Virus record (IMG/VR): IMGVR_UViG_3300023296_001674
Strand: one strand, 5' to 3'
DNA: 64,000 nucleotides
Source: a virus
The position numbers and the translations under genes are program-made. Below are positions 18,931-29,470 of the stretch, piece by piece. Numbering within the stretch: the stretch's first letter is position 1; every line of letters begins with the position of its first letter. The notes under the pieces are model-generated. The model worked only from the letters and a program-made list of their open reading frames with translations. It made no database searches and was not told the DNA's origin.

Positions 18931-19348
18931 CGACCACCCCTATAGATACATACTTCTCATCCATATTAACTATATCTACCACAGTTAATTGATTCTCCAT
19001 AACTAAAGCCTCTATCGTGGAATATGTCATATCAAGTGCGCCACCATCAGCAGTGCGACAATATAAACAATACAATCCACCAGCAATATAAACACAGACA
19101 TGACCAGTAATAATATCTTCATCCTTACGAAGCGTTTCAACCGCATCACGTAATCCAGGTTCAGCATCAATAAACTTAGCACCATAATCGCCCATCAAAC
19201 GATTATATTGTTCATCAGTCAATGAATGTATCTCCGCCGCCAATAACTCTAATAATTCTTTCTCGCCATTTTTATGTTCAGTCATAACTGTGCCACACTT
19301 ATATAATCCTTTAACCAATTCTCTGAATGAAATATATACATCAACCAT
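18923..19348 (-). CDS. hypothetical protein; start lies within a repeated junction cassette
   Basis: N-terminal LVKGLYKCGTVMT is encoded by the repeat. Confidence 0.45.
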   Translation of the reverse strand: MVDVYISFRELVKGLYKCGTVMTEHKNGEKELLELLAAEIHSLTDEQYNRLMGDYGAKFIDAEPGLRDAVETLRKDEDIITGHVCVYIAGGLYCLYCRTADGGALDMTYSTIEALVMENQLTVVDIVNMDEKYVSIGVVDE

Positions 19349-19497
19349 GATTGAGTGCGTTTATTCTGTATTATATCTTGTATATATATCGCACCCACTT
19401 CTTCACGTGCAGCCATTATCGCACCTTCCGGTATATACGGGCAATAATGACCAACTGTCATAACTGTGCCACACTTATATAATAACCCATCAGCCAT
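19282..19497 (-). CDS. small protein of the ...ISVAQL C-terminal family
   Basis: Ends YISVAQL; paralogue of 19458..19715. Confidence 0.45.
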   Translation of the reverse strand: MADGLLYKCGTVMTVGHYCPYIPEGAIMAAREEVGAIYIQDIIQNKRTQSWLMYIFHSENWLKDYISVAQL

Positions 19498-19715
19498 CTC
19501 TCAGAATAAAGCAAGTCCACCAACCATTCACAATCACGTTCATTATGTATTATATCATATGTATATCTCGCACACACTTCTTCGCGTGTTCCAGTTACAC
19601 CATTAGGTCGATACCCTTCATAGTTTTCATATTTAATGGTTATAGTTACCATCATAGAATCTGTCATTATGGTATAACAACCCCCGCAACAGGTGCAACA
19701 CCAACTATTTCGCAT
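19458..19715 (-). CDS. small Cys-rich protein of the ...ISVAQL family
   Basis: Ends YISVAQL. Confidence 0.45.
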   Translation of the reverse strand: MRNSWCCTCCGGCYTIMTDSMMVTITIKYENYEGYRPNGVTGTREEVCARYTYDIIHNERDCEWLVDLLYSERWLMGYYISVAQL

Positions 19716-20164
19716 TCTACTTCATACACTATACCATCTCTAGTCAACGGGCACATATAAGAAAATTCATCTTTATAACCATTCCATCCAGCAAAACCAA
19801 GTGCAACGATAGTAAGCAAACCAATCAACATATGCGCAATAGAGATAAACCATCCATTGTTTTTATAATAAGATTTCAATGTCGAAAGTTCGGTATTTGG
19901 TTTATAACTATTGTAGCCATCGTTGGTTATAAAATAATCACCTTTGTTATCTATCTTGAGATCATCTTCAAGTAACATGATGCGAAGCGAACGCTGATAA
20001 TCAAACAACGATATAGATTCTTTGCTGCCATCTACATATTGATGTGAATCATCAAATATAATACGAAATGAACCATCATCATGATTGGCGTATGATGTTG
20101 TGCTATAGACAGAACACAATAAAACCAACACAGCAATCAACATCGTATGAATAATTTTCATCAA
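19667..20164 (-). CDS. secreted/membrane protein (signal peptide plus C-terminal TM segment)
   Basis: MMKIIHTMLIAVLVLLCSVYSTTSYA...; C-terminal hydrophobic stretch. Confidence 0.55.
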   Translation of the reverse strand: MMKIIHTMLIAVLVLLCSVYSTTSYANHDDGSFRIIFDDSHQYVDGSKESISLFDYQRSLRIMLLEDDLKIDNKGDYFITNDGYNSYKPNTELSTLKSYYKNNGWFISIAHMLIGLLTIVALGFAGWNGYKDEFSYMCPLTRDGIVYEVECEIVGVAPVAGVVIP

Positions 20165-20226
20165 TTTTCTCCATTCATATTAATAATGATTTATTATACC
20201 TCTGAACTACTGTTATGTCAAGATAA

Positions 20227-20553
20227 TTATAGATGCATAATCCTATATAGTAACACATCGTTGCCTGTTTCACGACACCAATCATCTATATGCATAGAGA
20301 ATCCATTTAAATGCCAATAACATTTTTGTATTTTACCATCATATTGATGTGTTATGACTGCTGGCCCATCTACGCGATGTCTTTCACCATTGATCCACCA
20401 TGCCATTATATCAAGTTCACCATTTTGAAACCACGATGTAAATGCGGGGCCATTTTCACGATGCAATACTGATCGATGTTTATTATCATTAATCCACGAT
20501 TCTGAATATAATACATCATACTCATGATATTCAAGAACGGGGTTCATTTCCAC
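20227..20553 (-). CDS. DGPA/WY-NG repeat family paralogue
   Basis: HRENGPA...WINGERHRVDGPAVI repeats. Confidence 0.5.
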   Translation of the reverse strand: MEMNPVLEYHEYDVLYSESWINDNKHRSVLHRENGPAFTSWFQNGELDIMAWWINGERHRVDGPAVITHQYDGKIQKCYWHLNGFSMHIDDWCRETGNDVLLYRIMHL

Positions 20554-20759
20554 GCCAATTTAAACGCCATAGCGTCTTCCACATATTGGAACCAAAGTGA
20601 TGTTGCAACTTTTCCGTTTTTACAACTACCCATTTCATCTATTCCCCATTTTACATTATACTTGCCTAAATTTTCAGACAACCATTTGGATATATCATCT
20701 GAGTAATTTGGTTCGGTTATCCAGTTTTTATCTAACCATATTATGGTTTTATCTTTCAT
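20544..20759 (-). CDS. small protein of the AFKLRW family (ends DAMAFKLAWK)
   Basis: Shared C-terminal motif. Confidence 0.5.
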   Translation of the reverse strand: MKDKTIIWLDKNWITEPNYSDDISKWLSENLGKYNVKWGIDEMGSCKNGKVATSLWFQYVEDAMAFKLAWK

Positions 20760-21033
20760 TTATATTCACGCGTGATCCACTTATACAAATCACATCCCCA
20801 TTTTTGACGGTTGGTTGATCCAACGTTATTTCACCTTTATCTGTTAACACGGTTGTAGTGCGATACTTTACTGACACTATATCCAATACGGTGGCTTCGG
20901 TGTTACATACCCATTCTGACGTTGTTACATCGGTATATAAGGCATATGCGAAAAACGACACTATACATGCCGCCATAATCAATCCACCTTTTTCGCATAT
21001 AAATTCTAATATTGATAACATATCATATTCCAC
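20749..21033 (-). CDS. small membrane protein
   Basis: One hydrophobic helix. Confidence 0.4.
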   Translation of the reverse strand: MEYDMLSILEFICEKGGLIMAACIVSFFAYALYTDVTTSEWVCNTEATVLDIVSVKYRTTTVLTDKGEITLDQPTVKNGDVICISGSRVNINER

Positions 21034-21081
21034 CTTTTAATATGATACCCCCAACACAATACGCATTGGGGGATCATAGGT

Positions 21082-22821
21082 TTACTTCGCTAACAGTTTA
21101 CGTTTTTCTTCTGGCGTCAGGGCTTTGAGTTTATCTTCAACCGCAGCATCCAAAAGTTTATTATCTTCTGCATCGCGAACCTGTTCGTTATCCGTCTCAA
21201 CAATTCCTTCGATTTCACCTGTGCGGAGATCGATGGCGGTGTTATCAAACGATTTAACATCAACAACCGACATTCCACCATCAGCATATTCGATGGCTAC
21301 AACATCACCCGTCGTAGTGATAGCAAGTTCTACATTATCACCAGCGGCGGCGCGGAATACACGGTCAACAGCAGAGTCAATCATAACAAAGTAGGTTTGA
21401 TTTCCGCTAACTACTTCTGTTCCGATACGTGTTACTGTGCCCTTAACTGTCTTAATGTCAACCGCACCGGAAACACCAGAACTCATACCACTGTTGCGAT
21501 GCGCAGATTGATACGCACGCATAGCTTGTCGAACATTTTTACCAATGCCGAAAACCGCACGATTGGTTCCAGATACAAATCCATATTGTTTGATATTACC
21601 ATCACCATCTTTGATCGTAGCAGCATACGTAGGCTTACCGCCAATATTTACCATGATAGGAAAAGTTGCGGTGTATCCACCAAAGTTAGATACCGCGCCA
21701 TTAAGAACTTTTTGAGCAGCATCTTCGGTGGGTCCAGTTACGCGATACATGCGTGCTTCTTTCGTGCGTGTGTCAACCAACACAAATCCAACGGTTCCAG
21801 CATCATTGCCAACAGATGTCATACCTGTATACCAACGCGAACTTCCATCTTTGGTATATACGAGGCTGGTTCCAGTGGTAGTTTTAGTTATGCCATCTTT
21901 AGCACCTAAGAATATTTGATTCCACCAACCGTTTTTAAGTTGACCCCATGCGTCCAATTGATTCGCGATGAAAGTTTCAGGTTGAATGCGATCAATCCAT
22001 GATGGCGCTGATGCAATGTCATATTCTTTTAATTCACCAGTAGTTGGGTTAACAACAACAACGCCATATGCATCATTACCTTTCCAACCTACCGCTTTAT
22101 CGTATAATGTGACTACCCACCACGGTTCGTTATTATCATCCAATTCTAATGTATAATCAGTGATACCGGTTGATGCATAACCACTCAGCCATAGATGACG
22201 CTGAACGCCATATGAAAAATACGAATCTTTTGTATAATGTAAATTTTTATTCAAATGCATTTCCGCATCGCGATAATTTGTTGCACTTACTACAACATAT
22301 CCGGGTGTGCCTTCCATTTTGACCCACTTAAATAAACCAGAAGGCTCCAATGCTGCAACCCATACCAATTTGCCATTTACACTTTGAATAGACATTGTTC
22401 CAATTTTAACCTTAGAACCCAATCCCGCATCTTGCCCCATTAATTCTTCGGCGCGTTTAACCGCTAGTGCTTGATCAACAACTCGCAATTGCGATAAATC
22501 AATAGTTTCTACATCGGTGCGAAAATTGCTTTCTTCAACCGATCCAATAAGATTTTTATGACCATCTGTGCTTACCATCCAACTAGAGCCGATGTTAACA
22601 GTTATCAGAAATATAAATGATGCTAATAATGTGCCATATCCGAGAAACGATATTCTTGCCGCTCCTATTTTAGTGGCGTATAATCCAATACCTATACCAT
22701 TTATCATCAACAGCACTAACGCGCTGCTGAACCCCCATGCAAATACTGGCATAGCTAAATACCCAAAAATAAAATTAAGTAAAATAAGCCATATGGCAAA
22801 AACACCGTTCTTCATAATCAA
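21082..22821 (-). CDS. large membrane protein (N-terminal multi-TM region plus large extracytoplasmic domain)
   Basis: 579 aa; N-terminal hydrophobic helices. Confidence 0.65.
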   Translation of the reverse strand: MIMKNGVFAIWLILLNFIFGYLAMPVFAWGFSSALVLLMINGIGIGLYATKIGAARISFLGYGTLLASFIFLITVNIGSSWMVSTDGHKNLIGSVEESNFRTDVETIDLSQLRVVDQALAVKRAEELMGQDAGLGSKVKIGTMSIQSVNGKLVWVAALEPSGLFKWVKMEGTPGYVVVSATNYRDAEMHLNKNLHYTKDSYFSYGVQRHLWLSGYASTGITDYTLELDDNNEPWWVVTLYDKAVGWKGNDAYGVVVVNPTTGELKEYDIASAPSWIDRIQPETFIANQLDAWGQLKNGWWNQIFLGAKDGITKTTTGTSLVYTKDGSSRWYTGMTSVGNDAGTVGFVLVDTRTKEARMYRVTGPTEDAAQKVLNGAVSNFGGYTATFPIMVNIGGKPTYAATIKDGDGNIKQYGFVSGTNRAVFGIGKNVRQAMRAYQSAHRNSGMSSGVSGAVDIKTVKGTVTRIGTEVVSGNQTYFVMIDSAVDRVFRAAAGDNVELAITTTGDVVAIEYADGGMSVVDVKSFDNTAIDLRTGEIEGIVETDNEQVRDAEDNKLLDAAVEDKLKALTPEEKRKLLAK

Positions 22822-22877
22822 TCTCCTTTAAATTTATGTATAATTCAATATATCATTATATGGTAGATGTGTCAAGA

Positions 22878-23270
22878 TCAATCCCAACGCCCCCGTTTCT
22901 CCCAATACTTCTTCCACTTATTGAAACTGCCACCACCTTTGGGATTCATATCAAGACGATACACTGCCAACTTTGTTCGATCCCGCAATCGACGTTCGAC
23001 TTGCTGTAGATATAACGTCCACGGATCAGGTTTATATATTTTCTTGGAGCCTTTTTTACTATTGCATGTATCACAAGCAACAACAATATTAGTAACCGAA
23101 TGAATCCGATTGATTTTACTTAATGGAATAACATGATCAGCAGTTGCCGATTTACGTGTTAACTTACAACCACAATAGTAACACTTATTGGTTTGATCTT
23201 CTAAAATATTATCGCGGTCAATGGTATAAAATATTCTATCCATTTTCGATTGAAACTTGATTTTGCTCAT
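22878..23270 (-). CDS. HNH endonuclease
   Basis: CYYCGCKL...ADHVIPLSK...NIVVACDTCNSKKG. Confidence 0.75.
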   Translation of the reverse strand: MSKIKFQSKMDRIFYTIDRDNILEDQTNKCYYCGCKLTRKSATADHVIPLSKINRIHSVTNIVVACDTCNSKKGSKKIYKPDPWTLYLQQVERRLRDRTKLAVYRLDMNPKGGGSFNKWKKYWEKRGRWD

Positions 23271-23271
23271 A

Positions 23272-23745
23272 TTATTTTATTTTAATACACCATCGTCTTT
23301 TATGTTTTAAATCATACGCCGTAACAAGATAATGCTTAGATGTCACGACGTGATGATTGTATTGTATTTGTGCACATGATCCTTGTTTTTTATTAGAGAA
23401 TGTAGCTAACTCCATCGCGATTTCATTTTCTTTAGATATGCTGGCGGCTTCAGAATGATATAATTCAAAATCATCAAGGTATATTTCACCATTAATCGTA
23501 TAACTAACACCCACAACTATTGTGTCACTGCGAATGTTTCCACTAGAACTAGATAATAACCCACCAATCCATTTTCCATCCAATATATTATCATCAACGG
23601 ATATCACCGTAACCATTAATGGTGATAATACAACTGTTACGGGAGGATGATTTCTATTATACGATTGAACGGCTATATATATAATTGCCAATATCACAAT
23701 CGCCCAAATAATGTTAAATTTATAAGTACTCAAAAATTTGTTCAT
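23272..23745 (-). CDS. membrane-anchored protein
   Basis: N-terminal TM helix. Confidence 0.5.
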   Translation of the reverse strand: MNKFLSTYKFNIIWAIVILAIIYIAVQSYNRNHPPVTVVLSPLMVTVISVDDNILDGKWIGGLLSSSSGNIRSDTIVVGVSYTINGEIYLDDFELYHSEAASISKENEIAMELATFSNKKQGSCAQIQYNHHVVTSKHYLVTAYDLKHKRRWCIKIK

Positions 23746-23764
23746 TTTTTTCTCCTATATCGTT

Positions 23765-24124
23765 TTATATCCATCGTAGCATTATAGCCATGCCATCCTC
23801 TTCTGACGTTGTATACGCAACATTACCACGATTTGTTAGTTTTTTAGGGGTAACATTATTCAACGAACGTTTAGATTTATCGGTCAGTGTTCCATTATTA
23901 CGCATTTCACGTATCTTGTCAACTGTTATAAATCCTTCATATAATACAACAATGCCAGAACGTTTCATTACAACTGCATATATTTTATTTTCAAAACACC
24001 AATCTTCAATTTCAACCAAGTCTATGTCTTCACCGTTGGGTAATGTTATTTCATATAAATCATGATGTATAAACTTTATCGCACTCAATAATGGTTCTTG
24101 AAATATATCTGGAATTTTCTGCAT
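23765..24124 (-). CDS. AFKLRW-family-like small protein (ends GMAIMLRWI)
   Basis: C-terminal motif variant. Confidence 0.45.
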   Translation of the reverse strand: MQKIPDIFQEPLLSAIKFIHHDLYEITLPNGEDIDLVEIEDWCFENKIYAVVMKRSGIVVLYEGFITVDKIREMRNNGTLTDKSKRSLNNVTPKKLTNRGNVAYTTSEEDGMAIMLRWI

Positions 24125-24305
24125 AGTTATCCTTTTATTTTTTTTATCGTCACATTTGTGCTAATTAATAAATCTTTTTGGTAGATATCAAACTCGTAAA
24201 ATATTTCTGCCATATCATAACACACCACAACAATATATGTCAAGATGCTTGACACATGTAAATATAGATGATACAGTTTTAATATAACCAATAAAGGAGA
24301 ATATT

Positions 24306-24572
24306 ATGACTGAAAAAACAATTGCAACACCGACACTAACGATTTCAAACTGCATCGATTGCCCGAATCATGAAGTCATCAATGATCGTGACCCATCTGA
24401 TTGGTTCTGTGATGATGACGTTGCCGTTGTGTGCACCAAAACCCGCAACCCTACACAAAACACACAATCAAAGCATGCATCAGACCATAGCCCTTACAGA
24501 GCAATCACAGTGGCATGCCGTCCATATCAAAAACGTAAAGAAAGTGAAATCCCTGATTGGTGTCCACTATAA
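24306..24572 (+). CDS. Cys-rich small protein; isolated rightward gene
   Basis: Strong RBS AAAGGAG; own TTGACA-N17-TACAGT promoter about 40 bp upstream. Confidence 0.5.
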   Translation: MTEKTIATPTLTISNCIDCPNHEVINDRDPSDWFCDDDVAVVCTKTRNPTQNTQSKHASDHSPYRAITVACRPYQKRKESEIPDWCPL

Positions 24573-24881
24573 TCAATCGTTTTTAAATCGGGTTTCGTAT
24601 ATTATAAATTGCGGTACACACATTTCGACATTTATGGTAATCATGGTGTGTTCACCATTTTTGCTTTCATACTCGCCCACATAAACAGAATGCACAGTGG
24701 CTTTCCAATCATCCTCATCATAGAACATATTAATCCCAGCGTCGGTATCTTTATAACCCCAACACAGTGATGGTCTATATACAAGATTGCCTTCTCTTGG
24801 ATCAGCACCAAACTCTGCAAATATAATAGCGTGTGCATTTTCATATAACTCAAACGCCATACCCATAGATATTTCTACCAT
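24573..24881 (-). CDS. hypothetical protein
   Basis: 102-aa ORF. Confidence 0.45.
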   Translation of the reverse strand: MVEISMGMAFELYENAHAIIFAEFGADPREGNLVYRPSLCWGYKDTDAGINMFYDEDDWKATVHSVYVGEYESKNGEHTMITINVEMCVPQFIIYETRFKND

Positions 24882-25153
24882 TAATTAACTCCTTTATAAA
24901 TGCTGCATGGAATAATTTTAGAGTCCGTGCCTAACTTAACAGCCATAACACCCGACTTCCAACCTATCCAACGAGTGACATATGATACACCGTCAATACA
25001 TACCGTGTCAAATACAGGTTTAGGTGCCGCTGGCTCCTCATTAGAGTGTTCAGAGCTAACCGGATCGGCGCATGCCGTTAACGCTAATATAGCAATCATC
25101 GGTAAATAAAAAACAAATCGTGGAATATTATCAAACTTCATGTTATTCTCCAT
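24881..25153 (-). CDS. small lipoprotein (lipobox LALTAC)
   Basis: Signal peptide with LTAC lipobox. Confidence 0.55.
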   Translation of the reverse strand: MENNMKFDNIPRFVFYLPMIAILALTACADPVSSEHSNEEPAAPKPVFDTVCIDGVSYVTRWIGWKSGVMAVKLGTDSKIIPCSIYKGVN

Positions 25154-25167
25154 TAATAATTTATACC

Positions 25168-25989
25168 TTAACCAAGTGTGCCAAATACAGCAAGTATGCC
25201 CAATGCATTTGGATTAAACGCAAGAGTTGCCACCAAACCAATGGCTAATAGAAATGCTGCCAAGTATCCCATAAGAACACCAGTAAGTTTAAGCCAACTG
25301 ATATTAACTACGATAGCATCTTTCTTTACGGAAATAGATTCAATTGCCATAGATATAATCGTTTGTCCTTTTAAAGCATACACTGGTGATTTTTCCAAGT
25401 AACTACGAACCAATGTTGACATGCCTTTATCGACCAGAGACTTATTGATTTTTAAAAACTTATCTTTTAAATCTGATTCTATTCTGACTGTGGTTGGTTT
25501 GTAATAAAACTTGCTTGCGCGATACATTACAGTTCCAGTTGTATAAGATGTCACATGGCTGGTTTCAGTGGAAAGATTTGCACACCCTTTGCTTAGTTTA
25601 GAGGCGACATTTTGTAATTTATCCATCCAACCTTTCTTTTCGGTGCTTGGCTCAATCTTCAAGCACTTACCAGTTTTGTTGATGTTGGCATTAAGGTCAA
25701 CTGATAGAAGACCGACATTAGCTGCTGAATTATCCGATTCAATTATCTCACCAATTTTAGTGCCGACAACAACTTTATCTACATCAATCGTGTAGATGGA
25801 TAATTGTTTGGTGATTGGTAATTTCTTTTGAATTTCTGCATTCAGTGTGGCAACTGGTATATTGATGTTATCCAAATCAAACTGACTGAACACAGTCGCA
25901 ACTGCACATATGAGTAGAAATACTATCCCTGCACCTGATAATAAATATCGTTTAGTTTTTGTCATGTTGTTTCCTTTTGTTATTCCCAC
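25168..25989 (-). CDS. membrane protein (N-terminal and C-terminal TM segments)
   Basis: 273 aa; hydrophobic ends. Confidence 0.55.
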   Translation of the reverse strand: MGITKGNNMTKTKRYLLSGAGIVFLLICAVATVFSQFDLDNINIPVATLNAEIQKKLPITKQLSIYTIDVDKVVVGTKIGEIIESDNSAANVGLLSVDLNANINKTGKCLKIEPSTEKKGWMDKLQNVASKLSKGCANLSTETSHVTSYTTGTVMYRASKFYYKPTTVRIESDLKDKFLKINKSLVDKGMSTLVRSYLEKSPVYALKGQTIISMAIESISVKKDAIVVNISWLKLTGVLMGYLAAFLLAIGLVATLAFNPNALGILAVFGTLG

Positions 25990-26180
25990 CTTAATTTAAA
26001 CGCCATCATGTTAGTTTCACCCTTTATGTATAACACCGAATAGTCGTCGCTATCTCTCACAAACCATTCACCATTAACTAAATTCTCGCGGCACCATGCT
26101 GCGTAATCTAAAATATAATTATTGCCATCATCTACATGAATGCGATACATGGTGTTATTATGACGATGTATGTCTAACAT
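25980..26180 (-). CDS. small protein of the AFKLRW family (ends NMMAFKLRWE)
   Basis: Shared C-terminal motif. Confidence 0.5.
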   Translation of the reverse strand: MLDIHRHNNTMYRIHVDDGNNYILDYAAWCRENLVNGEWFVRDSDDYSVLYIKGETNMMAFKLRWE

Positions 26181-26358
26181 CTATAACCTCTATATGTATA
26201 TCACTATCTTTGGCATGGTCGATTAATAAATTTATATCTAAAAACCATTCATTGTTGGCTGATATATTGGTTATCAACGTTAAATATATTTCCAGTTCAA
26301 CATTAAGCCCATGTTGAGCAGGTCTGTCGACGTATTCCGTCGCCACATCAATAAGCAC
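26158..26358 (-). CDS. small hypothetical protein
   Basis: Leftward ORF. Confidence 0.35.
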   Translation of the reverse strand: MLIDVATEYVDRPAQHGLNVELEIYLTLITNISANNEWFLDINLLIDHAKDSDIHIEVIDVRHTSS

Positions 26359-26557
26359 CTAACGTTACAAGTAGGTCTTTCGCTGACATTTGTTCAAGTT
26401 TGGCGATACGTTCACGAACCAAATATGAAGCGACAAACTCTACTATATCATCGCCCGGAACCTCGATTCTCTCCTCACCAACAATAACTGAAATATCACC
26501 AGATAAATCTGAGTTACAAATAAAACGTGTTTCACCATGCTCATACGTATGTGACAT
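26348..26557 (-). CDS. small hypothetical protein
   Basis: Leftward ORF. Confidence 0.4.
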   Translation of the reverse strand: MSHTYEHGETRFICNSDLSGDISVIVGEERIEVPGDDIVEFVASYLVRERIAKLEQMSAKDLLVTLGAY

Positions 26558-26617
26558 GCAGTATCTCCTTATATTTCAGTTATGCATATTATATAACACA
26601 TATGCGTATGGTGTCAA

Positions 26618-27166
26618 TTATTTTATCATCGCTTGTGCATGATCACTGCTATTTCCACAATACAATGTCGTGGGAGAACCATATAAAGACCAGCCATCCA
26701 ATAGTGCCTCATTAACTGCATTTGTTATAGCAGAAGAACTGGTTTCTGATAACAATTTATATTTTGTAAGTTTTGGTGTTTCATCATTGTCTGATTTAAT
26801 ATCAACATAATCAGGCATATCATCAGATGCGATCCAGCGACCTGCATCAATGCTGTAAAAATATGTTCCACACGCAAATGATTTATTGGTGTGAATAATT
26901 TCTATTGCAGTTTCTAATTCAATGTGTATTCTATCCATTGAGATAGTTTGCTCTTTGGTAAACTCCGTGCCGCCATGTTGATCAGTCTTACCTTCGGGTT
27001 CGATGCCCAACATTTCTCCAATATCAAAGTATATTCGATATCCAGAGTTTCCATATGGGCGCTTGGGATCAATTTTTACTGCACCATATGAATAACTATC
27101 ATCATGCATGAATACGCTGTTAGCCAATAATGTTATATGATCTTCCGTTAATTCAAATTCTCTCAT
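26618..27166 (-). CDS. hypothetical protein
   Basis: 182-aa ORF. Confidence 0.5.
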   Translation of the reverse strand: MREFELTEDHITLLANSVFMHDDSYSYGAVKIDPKRPYGNSGYRIYFDIGEMLGIEPEGKTDQHGGTEFTKEQTISMDRIHIELETAIEIIHTNKSFACGTYFYSIDAGRWIASDDMPDYVDIKSDNDETPKLTKYKLLSETSSSAITNAVNEALLDGWSLYGSPTTLYCGNSSDHAQAMIK

Positions 27167-27182
27167 TTCATTTCATCTCCTG

Positions 27183-27437
27183 TTATCCCGTTGCAATTGT
27201 AAACGGCCCTTCAAATACTTCTTCGTATTCGTTACTACTTAGACCGATATCGAACTCTTTGATAAATATTTGACCATGTTCATTGGGTTCCAAATCTAAT
27301 ACCATATCTCCACCTATACGAATGGCTGCTGTGAGAGCGCGTATTGCATATATGCATTCAGTTGCACTCATGTCACATAAATCTTCTTCCGATGGTATAT
27401 TGTCAACTATCGTTTGTGGTTTTAATTTTAGTTTCAT
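27183..27437 (-). CDS. small hypothetical protein
   Basis: Leftward ORF. Confidence 0.4.
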   Translation of the reverse strand: MKLKLKPQTIVDNIPSEEDLCDMSATECIYAIRALTAAIRIGGDMVLDLEPNEHGQIFIKEFDIGLSSNEYEEVFEGPFTIATG

Positions 27438-27665
27438 TTAATTTGGTCCCATATCTAATGGTATAGAATTGGAATATTTAACCATTGGTTGTGTAAATGT
27501 TTTATATCTATGTCCACCTTGTGATAAATTTTCATTTGTTGCTATTGATCCATATGGTTGCCATCCGTCGAATATCTCTGCATTAACATGCTTGGTTAAA
27601 GTTGATTCAGATTCACACGATATTATTTTATATTCTGATATTCTTTCCATTAAATTCCTCTTCAA
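27438..27665 (-). CDS. small hypothetical protein
   Basis: Leftward ORF. Confidence 0.4.
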   Translation of the reverse strand: MKRNLMERISEYKIISCESESTLTKHVNAEIFDGWQPYGSIATNENLSQGGHRYKTFTQPMVKYSNSIPLDMGPN

Positions 27666-28096
27666 GTAGTTAAAAATTTTTCACGATCTACTGACAATTG
27701 ATTAGATTCTTGTCTGAAATAATCAGCATATATTTGATCTGTAAATGAAAACATGTATGCTGGTTTTCTATTAGGCATGAATGATTTACTCGTAAATCGA
27801 TCATCGTTGCTAGGTTCTACATATCCCCATTGAACGGTATAATCTGCACAACTATAGTTTAATGAATCCAATAATATATCATAACATCTATCCGTGCCAT
27901 GCCCAAATCTTAATACATGAACTTCATTATGTGGGCGTGATACGATAGATTCCATTTCGTCTAACGCAACTCTATTACCACCACCATTGGATTCACAACC
28001 ATGATTAACACAAAATATTAAATCATGCCCATCTTTAGAGGTTTTTTCCATGTCTGATTCGCCACATATAGGGCAATTTACCCATTCTAACATCAC
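27662..28096 (-). CDS. zinc-ribbon protein (CPICGES...CVNHGC)
   Basis: 144-aa ORF; TTGACA-N16-TATACT leftward promoter at about 28110-28140. Confidence 0.5.
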   Translation of the reverse strand: MMLEWVNCPICGESDMEKTSKDGHDLIFCVNHGCESNGGGNRVALDEMESIVSRPHNEVHVLRFGHGTDRCYDILLDSLNYSCADYTVQWGYVEPSNDDRFTSKSFMPNRKPAYMFSFTDQIYADYFRQESNQLSVDREKFLTT

Positions 28097-28278
28097 AACA
28101 ATCTCCTTTTATATGCTATCGATTAAACAGTATAACATTTATTGCGCTAATGTCAATACCCTATGTCGTTAAGTGATCGTAGTTGTGAGTTTTGGATGAC
28201 GTTTTAAATCATCAACCCACTGGTCAGAACTAATAGCCCCAGTATCATCATATAATGTTCGATATAATCTAGTTTTAA

Positions 28279-28524
28279 TCATGTGTACATCGTTTTCATA
28301 AGTAATGGATCATTATCGGTATGGACGCAGTACTCTTCAAGTGAACATACATGGTTATTAAAATACCAAAACACACTTTCTACTTGACCGGTTTCATAAT
28401 AATATATTTGTGCTGGACCATCATTTCTTTGATATACGCTCGAGTCGCCGTCGCGATACCACGCTTCTCCACTGAGGTTTCCTGACATATAATGTGAACG
28501 TAATATATATGGAGTTTTAATCAT
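28279..28524 (-). CDS. DGPA/WY-NG repeat family paralogue
   Basis: [15 protein letters not shown]...; ends LLMKTMYT. Confidence 0.55.
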   Translation of the reverse strand: MIKTPYILRSHYMSGNLSGEAWYRDGDSSVYQRNDGPAQIYYYETGQVESVFWYFNNHVCSLEEYCVHTDNDPLLMKTMYT

Positions 28525-28946
28525 ATGTACATCATCTTCATAAATAATTCATCATTGTTCGTTCGATGACACCATATACGAAACGAACATGTTTCATCAT
28601 CAAGATAATATGTATATTGCGTTTTTCCCGAAAGGTAATAATTTATAATTGCTGGTCCGTCAATTCTGTGATGTTGCCCTTCTAAACACCATTGCTCTGT
28701 ATCTATGTTGCCTCTTTTATCATATCGTATTATAGCAGGACCATTGTCTTTATGAATGCAATCATTATTAACCCACACACGACTAGATATATCACCGTTA
28801 TGATTATAATATATAGCAGCAGGACCATCTGATCTATGATGTATATTATTTTCATACCATCTCATGCAATATAATTTACCCGAATGATAATATTCGTTTT
28901 CTGTGCGTATTGTCATTTGAACATCATCGTCATAAGAATGGGACAA
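28521..28946 (-). CDS. DGPA/WY-NG repeat family paralogue (3 repeats)
   Basis: [30 protein letters not shown] and [12 protein letters not shown]; ends LFMKMMYI. Confidence 0.55.
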   Translation of the reverse strand: MSHSYDDDVQMTIRTENEYYHSGKLYCMRWYENNIHHRSDGPAAIYYNHNGDISSRVWVNNDCIHKDNGPAIIRYDKRGNIDTEQWCLEGQHHRIDGPAIINYYLSGKTQYTYYLDDETCSFRIWCHRTNNDELFMKMMYI

Positions 28947-29155
28947 TTATCGGTTTTTCTGCACCATGTATTAAAATCATATACCGATCCTTCATAATAC
29001 CACAACACATAATTAATGTTCCCATAATAAGTATAATATATCAAAGCAGGACCATCATCCCTATGTAATATACCAATTTCGCTACTGTATTCATCGCGCA
29101 AATGTTTTTCACCCTCATATACTGAATGTAATTTCGAAAGCATAGCTGTCTCCAA
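28913..29155 (-). CDS. DGPA/WY-NG repeat family paralogue
   Basis: [16 protein letters not shown]; ends ILMTMMFK. Confidence 0.5.
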   Translation of the reverse strand: METAMLSKLHSVYEGEKHLRDEYSSEIGILHRDDGPALIYYTYYGNINYVLWYYEGSVYDFNTWCRKTDNCPILMTMMFK

Positions 29156-29200
29156 TCAATTTAGATCATTATATCACATTATCAAATAGTGTCAATCAAA

Positions 29201-29470
29201 TCATAATGATATCATCGTCATAAGCAATCGACAGTTATTGGTTTTCTTACACCAATCATTTAAAGAAAGATACCATCCATCAAAAAACCAAGAAATATCG
29301 GTAATATTATTATTTTCATCAAAATGTATAATAGCGGGGCCATCATTTCTATGAAAATCACCAAATTTATTAAAATAACATACATGCGTCAATCTGCCGT
29401 CTTTTTTATAAAAAGATTGCACAGGATGCACGGGGTTTTGATCATAATCTAATTCTGGTGGTAATTTCAT
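29201..29470 (-). CDS. DGPA/WY-NG repeat family paralogue
   Basis: HRNDGPAIIHFDENNN; ends LLMTMISL. Confidence 0.5.
   Translation of the reverse strand: MKLPPELDYDQNPVHPVQSFYKKDGRLTHVCYFNKFGDFHRNDGPAIIHFDENNNITDISWFFDGWYLSLNDWCKKTNNCRLLMTMISL

Noticed and set aside
24370-24684. Plus ORF of 104 aa overlapping both 24306..24572 and 24573..24881
   Set aside because: It lies out of frame inside two better-supported genes and has no RBS.
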